From assembly GCA_034435035.1 (NCBI GenBank), contig DAOTXW010000060.1:1586-65585 (forward strand): a stretch of DNA of 64,000 bases, written 5' to 3'. Shown here piece by piece: positions 50,876 to 63,999 of the stretch. Each line of letters opens with the position of its first letter. Within the stretch, counting starts at the first letter, position 1. Position numbers and translations under genes: made by a program. The notes under the pieces are model-generated. The model was given only the letters and a program-made list of their open reading frames with translations. It was not told the origin of the DNA and made no database searches. Origin of the DNA: Anaerolineae bacterium. Lineage in GTDB: Bacteria; Chloroflexota; Anaerolineae; Aggregatilineales; UBA3940.

Positions 50876-51934
50876 TCACACCGGCAGCCGCATCTGGATG
50901 TGTGTGCCGGCGCCGGGCGTCGAGTCGATGGTCAGGCTGCCGCCCAGCGCAGCGGCCCGCTCGCGCATGCCGAACAGCCCGAAGTGCTGCCCGTTCCGGG
51001 CGGCCCCGCCCGGGTCGAAGCCCACGCCGTCATCCTCCACGGTCAGCTCGAGCGTGGCGTGCCATTCCGGGTGGCCCGGCGCGGGCAGGCCGGGCTGGCA
51101 GCACAGGCAGATCGTCACCTGGCTGGCATCGGCGTGTTTGACCACGTTGTTGATCGCCTCCTGCGCGATGCGGAAGAGCGCCGTCTCGGCGGGTGGGGGC
51201 AGCCGGGGCAGGTTGTCGGGCAGATGGAACTCCACGTCGATGCCCTGCGACTCCAGGTGCTGGCGGGCGTACCAGCGGATGGCGGGGATCAGCCCCAGAT
51301 CGTCCAGCAGCAGCGGGCGCAGATCGGCCACCAGCACGCGCAGGCCGTCCAGGGTCTCGGCGGCCAGCTCGCGGGCGGCCTGCAGCCGGCGCTTGAGGTC
51401 GCCCCGGTCCTCCGGGATGGCCCCGTCGATGCGCTCCAGCGCGATCAGCAGGCTGGCGAGCGACTGGCTGGTTTCGTCGTGCAGCTCGCGGGCGATGCGC
51501 TTGCGCTCCTCCTCCTGGGCGGTGATCACCTGAGCGGAGAGCGCCCGCAGCTGCTCGCGGTTGGCGTCGATGGTGGCGGTGTGGGCGGCCAGACGCTCCA
51601 GCATGGCGTTGAGGGCGTCGGTCAGGCGGGTGATGTCGGGATCCTGCGTGGCCGGGACAGGGGCGCGTGCCGCGAGGTGGCCATCGCGGATCTCATCCAC
51701 CGTGCTGGTGAGATCGGACAGCGGGCGCAGGGCGATGCGCAGCACGACGTAGTTCAGCGCCAGGCTCAGCGCCACGCCGGCAGCGGTGAAAATCACGGCC
51801 AGAGCGAAGGCCGACGCCTCCACCAGGGCTTTAGTCAGCAGGGTGCCGATGCTGGCTCCGACCACGACCACCAGCCCATTCGCGATCAGCAGGCGCGCCA
51901 GAATCGGCAGACGCCGCGGAGCAATCCAGCCCAT
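50876..51934 (-). CDS. Sensor histidine kinase, HisKA_3/NarX-DesK type (2 TM, HAMP-like, DHp, HATPase)
   Basis: ..ARELHDETSQSLASL.. H-box. ..INNVVKHADAS.. N-box. ..DDGVGFD.. and ..GLFGMRERAAALGGSL... Confidence 0.9.
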   Translation of the reverse strand: MGWIAPRRLPILARLLIANGLVVVVGASIGTLLTKALVEASAFALAVIFTAAGVALSLALNYVVLRIALRPLSDLTSTVDEIRDGHLAARAPVPATQDPDITRLTDALNAMLERLAAHTATIDANREQLRALSAQVITAQEEERKRIARELHDETSQSLASLLIALERIDGAIPEDRGDLKRRLQAARELAAETLDGLRVLVADLRPLLLDDLGLIPAIRWYARQHLESQGIDVEFHLPDNLPRLPPPAETALFRIAQEAINNVVKHADASQVTICLCCQPGLPAPGHPEWHATLELTVEDDGVGFDPGGAARNGQHFGLFGMRERAAALGGSLTIDSTPGAGTHIQMRLPV

Positions 51935-52057
51935 AAGGCCCTCGCAGCGGTTCCAACAGGCGTCGGAATACCCCTAGCGTAGCTGAAGTCCGCGCGGCGC
52001 CTCAGTATCAGATGTCATGAGACCCCCGGCGAATCGTCACCCCTCCGCGGGCGGCGG

Positions 52058-52573
52058 CTACTCCGCGTTCTCGCTGCTGGACGGAAGCTCCAGGAACTCG
52101 GCGACGCCCGTCGCCAGGTCAAGCAGACACACGGAGCGCGGCTCCACGCGCTTGCCGCCCAGCGCCCCCGGGTTGATCACCCGCGTGCCGCCCGTGGCCA
52201 GATCGCTGCGCTCGTGCGAATGGCCCCGGAAGATGTAGGCATGCCGCCCGGCGCGGATCAGTTCCTTCAGGCGGCGGCTGTCGTCGCCGTGGATGGCCGC
52301 CACCGACACCCCGGCGATCTGCCCGTGAAACTCGATGTTGATGCTCCCCTGCCGGATCACATCGCCGACGGCCCGCGCCAGCCCGCCCCGGTCGGCATCG
52401 ATGTTGCCAAAGACGAAGTCCACCTGCCAGCCCCGGAACAGCCGCACGATCTCCGGGCTGGTGATGTCCCCGCAGTGGATCAGCCGCTCCGCGCCGCGGC
52501 GGTGCAGCAGCGCCAGCGCTTCGCGGGTGTTGGTGGCATTGTTGTGGGTATCGGACAGGATGCCGAGTTTCAT
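52058..52573 (-). CDS. YfcE/MJ0936-family metallophosphoesterase
   Basis: MKLGILSDTHNN.., ..HCGDI.., ..GNID.., ..RGHSHE... Confidence 0.85.
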   Translation of the reverse strand: MKLGILSDTHNNATNTREALALLHRRGAERLIHCGDITSPEIVRLFRGWQVDFVFGNIDADRGGLARAVGDVIRQGSINIEFHGQIAGVSVAAIHGDDSRRLKELIRAGRHAYIFRGHSHERSDLATGGTRVINPGALGGKRVEPRSVCLLDLATGVAEFLELPSSSENAE

Positions 52574-52620
52574 GGCGTCCTCCGTGCAAGGATGCCTTAT
52601 TGTAGCCCGCCCGCGCTGCG

Positions 52621-52649
52621 TTGCCAGAGTGCCCCGCCCCGGTTACAAT
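52621..52649 (+). promoter_or_regulatory. Promoter candidate TTGCCA-17 nt-TACAAT, placing the transcription start at or next to the GNAT GTG codon
   Basis: TTGCCA at 52621-52626 and TACAAT at 52644-52649. The first plausible start codon (GTG at 52657) is 7 nt after the -10 hexamer. Confidence 0.45.
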
Positions 52650-52656
52650 CCCCGCC

Positions 52657-53211
52657 GTGACACCGGTAGAACCCTCCACCACCCTGACCGTGCGCTCGGC
52701 GATGCCCAGCGACTACGATATCTGCCTGACGCTCGATCACAGCGCCAGCACCGATTTCGTATGGCAGATGGTCAAGGAGGAACTGGACGGGGCGCTGCAG
52801 GTGGCCTTCCGACCGGCACGCCTGCCGCGCTCGATGAAAGTGCTTTATCCCCGGGCCGGCGATGTGCTGATCCAGTCGTGGCAGCAGCATGCCGCGTTTC
52901 TGGTGACGCAGTGGGGGCCGGACGTGGTAGGCTACCTGAACCTGCGCGAGGAGCCGGCCCAGGAAGCCGCCTGGGTGGCCGATCTGGTGATCGACCGCGG
53001 TTTCCGGATGCGCGGCCTGGGCACGGCGCTGCTGCGGGCCGCCCGGCAGTGGGCGGTGGAGCGCCGTCTGCGCCGGCTGATCGTGGAGACGCAGACCAAG
53101 AATTACCCCGCGATCCGCTTCCTGCAGAAGCGCGGGCTGGTCTTGGCGGGTTATAACGACCTGTACTATCCCAACCAGGACATCGCTGTCTTCTTCGGCC
53201 AAACTCTCTGA
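52657..53211 (+). CDS. GNAT-family N-acetyltransferase
   Basis: ..GYLNLREE..AWVADLVIDRGFRMRGLGTALLRAARQWA.. (acetyl-CoA motif A R-x-x-G-x-G/A). The start is uncertain: TTG 52621 in the ORF track, GTG 52657 preferred. Confidence 0.8.
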   Translation: MTPVEPSTTLTVRSAMPSDYDICLTLDHSASTDFVWQMVKEELDGALQVAFRPARLPRSMKVLYPRAGDVLIQSWQQHAAFLVTQWGPDVVGYLNLREEPAQEAAWVADLVIDRGFRMRGLGTALLRAARQWAVERRLRRLIVETQTKNYPAIRFLQKRGLVLAGYNDLYYPNQDIAVFFGQTL

Positions 53212-53222
53212 CCGCGACGCCT

Positions 53223-55175
53223 ATGGCACTGCTTTTCGCCCGGCTGGGGCCGCTGCTCAACGAGAGCCTGAGCGCAGCCATCGCCATTATCTCCGGCTCT
53301 TTCCTCCTGTACGGGGTGGTCAAGGACGTGCGCAACCAGGTGGCGCGTGCCTTCAGCATCCTGCTGCTGTTCGTCACCCTGACCTACATCGGCGATCTGG
53401 GGGTGGGCTTCGCCGGGGAGCGCCTGGAGTCCGCCGAGACGTGGCTGCGCTTCCAGTGGATCGGCATCGCCTTCACCCCGGCGGCCTACGTCCATGTCTC
53501 GGATGCCATCCTGGCGATGACCGGGCTGCCCTCGCGCGGGCGGCGGCGCTGGACCGTGCGGCTGCTGTATCTGGCGGCGGCGATCTTCCTGACGCTGGTG
53601 GTCGCCAGTGACGCGATCGTGCGCAGCCCCAGCGCCGAGCCGGCCCCGCACTTCCGGCCCGGCCCGGCCTTCGCGCTGTTTCTGATCTACTTCGTCGGCT
53701 CGGTCACGCTGAGCTTCTGGTTCATCCTGCGGGCGCGGCGGCGCACCCTCACCGAATCCACCCGCCGCCGGATGACTTACCTGCTGGCAACCTATGCCGC
53801 GCCCGCCCTGGCCGTCTTCCCCTTCCTGCTGGTCTCTGGCCGCGCCGAGCTGTCCGCCGGGCTGTTCTATGCCGTGCTGATGCTGGCCGATGCGGCGCTG
53901 GCGATCATGCTGACCTTCATGGCCTATGTCATGGCCTTCATGGGCACGCTCCAGCCCGACCGGCTGATCAAGTCCCAGATGCTTCAGTTCTTTCTGCGCG
54001 GGCCGGTGGTCGCCATCGCCACGCTCGCGGTGATCGTCTGGGTGCCGCGGGCCGGGCGTGTGGTGGGCCTGCCCGGTCAGGAAGTCATGCCGTTCCTGGC
54101 CGTCTTCACGATCCTCTTCCTGCAGTGGTCGATCACCATTCTGCGGCCGCCGCTGGAGCGGCTGCTGATCTACGCCCACGATCACCCGGAGATCCGCCGT
54201 ATTCAGGAAATGCAGGATCGCCTGCTGGCCACCGCCGATTTCACCCAGCTGCTGGATTCGATCCTGGCCGCGCTGTGCGACTATCTGCGCGTGCCCGCGG
54301 CTTTTGTGGCGTCCTTCTCGGATGGGCAGCCCCGCCTGGAGCGGACAGTGGGCCTGCAGGCCGGTTTCACTGCCGAGCTGGAGCAGGCCGCCGACCTCGC
54401 CTCGGAGGTGGTGAACGGCGACCGCCCGCAGCCGGTGAGCAGCGGCGAGGCCGCGGCGATGTTCGTCTGGCGGGGCTTCTGGCTGATCCCGCTGCATACC
54501 CGGTCTAATGGCCAGCCCCGGCTGATCGGCCTGCTGGGCGTGGCCCGGCCCGCCGATCCGATCTCGCCGGATCAGCCGGAGCGCTGGCGGGTGCTGATGG
54601 CATTGGCCGCCCGTGTCACTGAAGTGCTGGAAGACCGCCACCTGCAGAATGGCATCTTTGCGGCGCTCGAAGGGTTGATGCCGGAGATCCGGGCGATACA
54701 GCAGCTGCGCGGCGAGGCCCAGTACGGCGGTGTGGAGGCGCTGACCGCGCCCCGGGGGCAGCCGGCCGTCAGCCCGGACTTTGTGGGGCGCGTCAAGGAC
54801 GCCCTCAACCAGTACTGGGGCGGCCCCAAGCTGACCGACTCCGCCCTGATGCGGCTGGCGGTCGTCCAGCAGGCTCTGAATGAGAACGAGGGCAACCCTC
54901 AGCGGGCGATGCGCGCCGTGCTGCACCAGGCCATCGAGAACCTGCGCCCGGAAGGCCAGCGCAGCATGACCACCACCGAGTGGATCCTCTACAACATCCT
55001 GGAGATGCGCTTCATCCAGGGGCGCAAGGTGCGCGACGTGGCCATGCGGCTGGCGATGAGCGAATCCGACCTGTACCGCAAGCAGCGCGTGGCCATCGAA
55101 TCGGTCGCCGAGGTGATCGCCAAGATGGAGCAGGGCGCCAGCGATCCCGGCGAAGCCGCTCCGCCCACCCGGTAA
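53223..55175 (+). CDS. Polytopic (8-9 TM) membrane protein with a cytoplasmic GAF-like region and a C-terminal sigma-70 region-4-like HTH
   Basis: Hydrophobic N-terminal ~300 aa. ..FWLIPLHTRSNGQPRLIGLLGVARP.. is GAF-like. The C-terminus ..TTTEWILYNILEMRFIQGRKVRDVAMRLAMSESDLYRKQRVAIESVAEVI.. resembles an ECF-sigma/LuxR-type HTH. Confidence 0.7.
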   Translation: MALLFARLGPLLNESLSAAIAIISGSFLLYGVVKDVRNQVARAFSILLLFVTLTYIGDLGVGFAGERLESAETWLRFQWIGIAFTPAAYVHVSDAILAMTGLPSRGRRRWTVRLLYLAAAIFLTLVVASDAIVRSPSAEPAPHFRPGPAFALFLIYFVGSVTLSFWFILRARRRTLTESTRRRMTYLLATYAAPALAVFPFLLVSGRAELSAGLFYAVLMLADAALAIMLTFMAYVMAFMGTLQPDRLIKSQMLQFFLRGPVVAIATLAVIVWVPRAGRVVGLPGQEVMPFLAVFTILFLQWSITILRPPLERLLIYAHDHPEIRRIQEMQDRLLATADFTQLLDSILAALCDYLRVPAAFVASFSDGQPRLERTVGLQAGFTAELEQAADLASEVVNGDRPQPVSSGEAAAMFVWRGFWLIPLHTRSNGQPRLIGLLGVARPADPISPDQPERWRVLMALAARVTEVLEDRHLQNGIFAALEGLMPEIRAIQQLRGEAQYGGVEALTAPRGQPAVSPDFVGRVKDALNQYWGGPKLTDSALMRLAVVQQALNENEGNPQRAMRAVLHQAIENLRPEGQRSMTTTEWILYNILEMRFIQGRKVRDVAMRLAMSESDLYRKQRVAIESVAEVIAKMEQGASDPGEAAPPTR

Positions 55176-55202
55176 CGCAACGGGCGGCCTTCTGCTGCCC
55201 CC

Positions 55203-57230
<2,028 letters not shown>

Positions 57231-57389
57231 GGTGCCTCGCGGTTGACGGGTTCAACATCCGGGATTATCCGCTATCGCGCCCGGCGGCGCCAGCATGGCG
57301 GCTGCCGGCTATCCGATGGGTCCCGATATCGGCCAATATCATAACTTACCGCGCTGGCCGGCGCGGCCCTGCGCCCACCCGCGCGATGA

Positions 57390-57418
57390 TTGACGTTCCT
57401 CGCCGGGCGTGTTACGAT
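57390..57418 (+). promoter_or_regulatory. Promoter candidate TTGACG-17 nt-TACGAT for the T-box leader
   Basis: Hexamers at 57390-57395 and 57413-57418. The predicted transcription start is near 57425. Confidence 0.55.
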
Positions 57419-57424
57419 TGACGC

Positions 57425-57731
57425 AATCGATAAAGACAGGCTGTGACGGAAACGAGCAGGCGGCCCGCCGCCCTCCCAGCGAGCCCGGATCGGTGAGAGC
57501 CGGGCAGGCGGCCCCGCCGAATATCCTTCCGGAGCCGCCGGGCCGAAAGCGCCCCGTCCGGTCGGGGCGTCCACTAAGCCCTGCCGGGCCCACCGCCCGT
57601 TACCCCGGTGCGGCAGCCATCGCGCAGCCGGACGAGCGCTGCGGGCGGGCCACCGTCCGCAGAATCAGGGTGGTACCACGGGAGAGCTGCGCTCTCGTCC
57701 CTTGCGGGACGGGAGCGTTTCACGTTTAATT
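57425..57731 (+). promoter_or_regulatory. T-box riboswitch leader (Stem I, T-box sequence, terminator/antiterminator)
   Basis: - T-box sequence AGGGUGGUACCACG at 57667-57680.
- Terminator CTCTCGTCCC-ttgc-GGGACGGGAG at 57692-57715, followed by a T-rich tail.
- The alternative antiterminator pairs AGGG/CCCU and ACGGGAG/CUCUCGU around a UGGUACC bulge.
- Stem I has an AG bulge (AGCGA, 57478-57482) and a distal loop AUCGGUGAGAG closed by GCCCGG/CCGGGC (57483-57505).
- K-turn-like GGCU-GUGA-CGGAA / UUCCG-GA-GCC.
- The Specifier-loop 3' side reads GAAUAUCC (57519-57526). Confidence 0.8.
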
Positions 57732-57763
57732 GGATCAGGCTGGCGCACGGCAGGTGCCCGACA

Positions 57764-58498
57764 ATGACCGAACTGATCTACCAGACCGACAGCTACCAGC
57801 AGACCTTCAGCGCCCGCGTCACCGGCGTGGATGAAGTGAACCATGCGGTCCTGCTCGATCGCACGGCCTTCTACCCCGGCGGCGGCGGTCAGCCCTCCGA
57901 TCAGGGCTGGCTGACAGTCGAAGGCAAGCCTTACCGCGTGCTGAAGTGCGCGAAGGCCCCGGCAGGGGTGCTGCACCTCCTGGAGCGCGCGCCTGACGGC
58001 GGGCCGCGCCTGCCCCGGCTGGCTGCGGTGGCGGACGGCGCGATCGACTGGGAGCGCCGCTACCAGCTCATGCGCACCCATACCGCCATGCACATCCTGT
58101 GCGGCGTGATCTTCCGCGACTACGGCGCATCGGTCACCGGCGGGGAGATGGAACCGCTCAGGGGTCGTATGGACTTCGAGTTCGAGACGATGCGGCAGGA
58201 GTTTGTGCGCGAGATCGAGCAGAAGATCAACGTTGAGGTCGCGGCGGCCCGCCCCGTCGAGGCCCGCATCCTGCCCCGCGAGGAGGCTTTCCGGATCCCC
58301 GACCTGATCCGGACGAAGATCAACCTGCTGCCGGAGGGCATCGCGCAGGTGCGTGTCGTGGAAATCGTGGGCCTTGACCTGCAGGCAGACGGCGGCACCC
58401 ATGTCCGCAGCACAGCCGAGGTGGGCCGCCTGCGGGTGGTGGACTACAAGAGCAAGGGCCGGATCAACAAGCGCATCTATGTGGAGGTTGAAGCCTAG
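57764..58498 (+). CDS. AlaX-type (alanyl/threonyl-tRNA synthetase editing-domain) trans-editing protein
   Basis: ..DRTAFYPGGGGQPSDQG.. N-domain. HxxxH (THTAMHILCG). ..LQADGGTHVRSTAEVG.. has Asp where AlaRS/AlaX usually has the CxxxH Cys. ATG at 57764 preferred. Confidence 0.8.
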   Translation: MTELIYQTDSYQQTFSARVTGVDEVNHAVLLDRTAFYPGGGGQPSDQGWLTVEGKPYRVLKCAKAPAGVLHLLERAPDGGPRLPRLAAVADGAIDWERRYQLMRTHTAMHILCGVIFRDYGASVTGGEMEPLRGRMDFEFETMRQEFVREIEQKINVEVAAARPVEARILPREEAFRIPDLIRTKINLLPEGIAQVRVVEIVGLDLQADGGTHVRSTAEVGRLRVVDYKSKGRINKRIYVEVEA

Positions 58499-59208
58499 TG
58501 CGTGTGCTGCATGAGCCGCAGCCCGGAGAACAGCTGGTGGCCCGCGGACGCTACCGCTATCTGCGGCATAACCAGCCCACCGGACAGATCGAGACGTGGC
58601 AGATCAGCCGCCTGCCGGATGGATCGGAGGTGGTGCGGGCGGATGTAGATGGGCGGGGGGCCGCCGGTGCGCCCAGCCTGCTCAGCCACCTGCAGCGCCG
58701 TCCGACGCACCATCTGGACTGGCTGCGGCTGCGGCTCGAGAAGGGCGGCTTTGCGGCGGCGGCTCACTATACCTTTGAAGAGGCCCAGGTGAACACGGCC
58801 CGTCAGGCGCAGGACTTCCCGCGCCGCCAGGAGTCCCTGGAAATTGCCGCCAACTATGTGGTGGACTATCATCCTGTGATCGCGCATGATTATGTATGGC
58901 GCGGGTATCCACCCCAGGCGGAGGGCAAGGCCTGGTCGATCCCCGTCTTCAGCCCCGACCTGTGGGCGCCCGGCGAGGACGTGCTGGGCGGACGTGCGCT
59001 GCGCTTCACCATCACGCCGCTGCCGCCGGAGACCTGCGCGGTGCCTGCCGGGCAGTATCCGCAGGCCCTGCGCTACCGGATTGTCCTGAGCGACGGCGTG
59101 GTCGCTCTGGCGTGGTTCGATGCAGCGGGCATCCCGCTGCGCTGGCTGTACCCTGAGAAGGGATACGATTTCGTGCTGGAAGAATACATCAGGGAAGATC
59201 ATGTCTGA
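58498..59208 (+). CDS. Hypothetical protein
   Basis: The GTG start overlaps the AlaX stop (TAGTG). Codon usage is coherent. I recognise no family motif. Confidence 0.6.
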   Translation: MRVLHEPQPGEQLVARGRYRYLRHNQPTGQIETWQISRLPDGSEVVRADVDGRGAAGAPSLLSHLQRRPTHHLDWLRLRLEKGGFAAAAHYTFEEAQVNTARQAQDFPRRQESLEIAANYVVDYHPVIAHDYVWRGYPPQAEGKAWSIPVFSPDLWAPGEDVLGGRALRFTITPLPPETCAVPAGQYPQALRYRIVLSDGVVALAWFDAAGIPLRWLYPEKGYDFVLEEYIREDHV

Positions 59209-60007
59209 TTACAGCCAGCGGATGGCCCGGGCCAGCGCTCGAATCGCCGAACTGGAAACCCGGCTTGGCCAGGTATGTGGCCGATACGTTGAGATGATCC
59301 ATGTGATGGGCAAGTTTCTGATTCGCTACCGCGAAGAGATCGCGCCCTATCACCTGGCGCTGGCTCTGGTGCAGCGCGAGATTGCTGACGTCCGGGGTCT
59401 GCTGGGCGACCCGGAAGCGCTGGAGCGAGGCGAGGCGAATACCCCGCTGAGTCGTCTGCTGGCCGAGCAGCTGTCGCCTTCGGTTGAGGAGCAGTTCGAG
59501 CGCGTCTGGAGAGGCAAACCCGCGCCGAACCTGGGGATGCAGGAGGCGCTCGCGCCGCCCTCCGCCGAGGTCAGCGCGCTGTATGCGCGGGCTGTGGCGC
59601 TGACACATCCCAGCCTGGCGCCTGACCTGCAAAGCCGTCGGCAGCAGATCCGCCTGTTCAACGATGTGAACCGGGCCTATCTGCGCCGCGATGCTAACAC
59701 CCTGAGGCTGCTGGTGGAATCGCGCACGGCGCACAGCAACCTGCCGCAGTTCGTCGATGAGCAGACAGTGCGGACGCAGGAGGAGCGCGCCTACGCGCTG
59801 GAGCAGGTGATCGCTGAAATGGAAGCCCTGCTGGCGGATCTGAGCTACGGCGAGGCCGCCCGCCTGCAGGCGCAGGCCCGTCTGGAGAGCGAGTCAGGCC
59901 GCGATCTGCTCGTCGATCTCAACGCGGCGATCCGGGCTGAGCTGGCGACCGCAGAAAGAGAGCTGGCCGCGCTGAAGGCCCGGCTGGGCCCGCAGCAGCC
60001 GGGCTGA
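59201..60007 (+). CDS. Hypothetical coiled-coil protein with a degenerate J-domain-like segment (HPS instead of HPD)
   Basis: The ATG at 59201 overlaps the upstream stop (ATGTCTGA). The segment ..LYARAVALTHPSLAPDLQSRRQQIRLFNDVNRAYLRRD.. aligns by eye with J-domain helices II and III. Confidence 0.6.
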   Translation: MSDYSQRMARASARIAELETRLGQVCGRYVEMIHVMGKFLIRYREEIAPYHLALALVQREIADVRGLLGDPEALERGEANTPLSRLLAEQLSPSVEEQFERVWRGKPAPNLGMQEALAPPSAEVSALYARAVALTHPSLAPDLQSRRQQIRLFNDVNRAYLRRDANTLRLLVESRTAHSNLPQFVDEQTVRTQEERAYALEQVIAEMEALLADLSYGEAARLQAQARLESESGRDLLVDLNAAIRAELATAERELAALKARLGPQQPG

Positions 60008-60121
60008 CTGATCAAGGGGGTGATCCGATGATGCTGCGCCGCTCTGCCGCAGCCTGCTCGATTAGCGGGGGGACCCCACGCCCTCTCATGCGCCGCGGCT
60101 GACCGTCTGTCGCGGGGCTGG

Positions 60122-60155
60122 GAGGCGGCGCACTGCGCCGCCTCTGTGTTTGTCT
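60122..60155 (+). terminator. Intrinsic terminator or attenuator 37 nt upstream of ileS
   Basis: GAGGCGGCGC-act-GCGCCGCCTC, a 10-bp perfect stem followed by TGTGTTTGTCT. Confidence 0.65.
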
Positions 60156-60191
60156 GGCCTGGCCAGCGATCTGGCAGATTGAGGAGAAACC

Positions 60192-63383
<3,192 letters not shown>

Positions 63384-63394
63384 ATCAGCGTTGC

Positions 63395-63442
63395 CCGGCC
63401 TCCCCCCGTCCTGCGCCGCAGAGGCGGTGGGGGAGGCCGGGG
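63395..63442. terminator. Long GC-rich hairpin between convergent genes (ileS and a membrane protein)
   Basis: CCCGGCCTCCCCC .. GGGGGAGGCCGGG with an inner CTGCG-c-CGCAG hairpin. There is no T-tract. Confidence 0.4.
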
Positions 63443-63447
63443 GGCCA

Positions 63448-63999
63448 TCAGGCGCGGGTGAGCAGCCCGTATCCGAGCAGGATCTGCCCGATCCCGAAGC
63501 TGATGCCGATGCCCATCACGGCGACATGGCCGGCCTGGTTGGCGATCAGGGCGGCGGCGAAGCCCACCGGCACCGCGATCATGCACAGGATGATTCCGGC
63601 GCGGGGCAGCCGCCCGGCCCGCAGCAGCGCCAGCCCGAAGATCACCCAGCCGCCGAAGAACACGATCCACGAGATGCGCAGCGCCAGCACGAAGAACGGC
63701 TCCGTGCGGATGCCGTACCCCTCGGAGTAGCCGGTCGCGGCGAACCAGCCGTTGCCGATGAAGACGATCACGAAGCCGATCAGCCCCGGCCAGCCGAGGC
63801 GATCCCACTGGCGGGCCGCCAGGGCCACCGTCCCCAGCTGGATGAGATTCAGCGCCGCCGACTCGACGGAATGCCAGAAGATGTTGCCCAGCCCCAGATC
63901 CATGCCGCCGGGTTCGTGCAGCACGACGAAGACCACCAGCATCACGCCGCCCAGGATGCTGGCCGCACCCCCTGACCTGAGAATCCGCTGTGTGTTCAT
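63448..63999 (-). CDS. Hypothetical polytopic membrane protein (about 6 TM)
   Basis: Hydrophobic throughout. The start codon lies 1 nt from the window edge, so the true start could be outside the window. Confidence 0.55.
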   Translation of the reverse strand: MNTQRILRSGGAASILGGVMLVVFVVLHEPGGMDLGLGNIFWHSVESAALNLIQLGTVALAARQWDRLGWPGLIGFVIVFIGNGWFAATGYSEGYGIRTEPFFVLALRISWIVFFGGWVIFGLALLRAGRLPRAGIILCMIAVPVGFAAALIANQAGHVAVMGIGISFGIGQILLGYGLLTRA

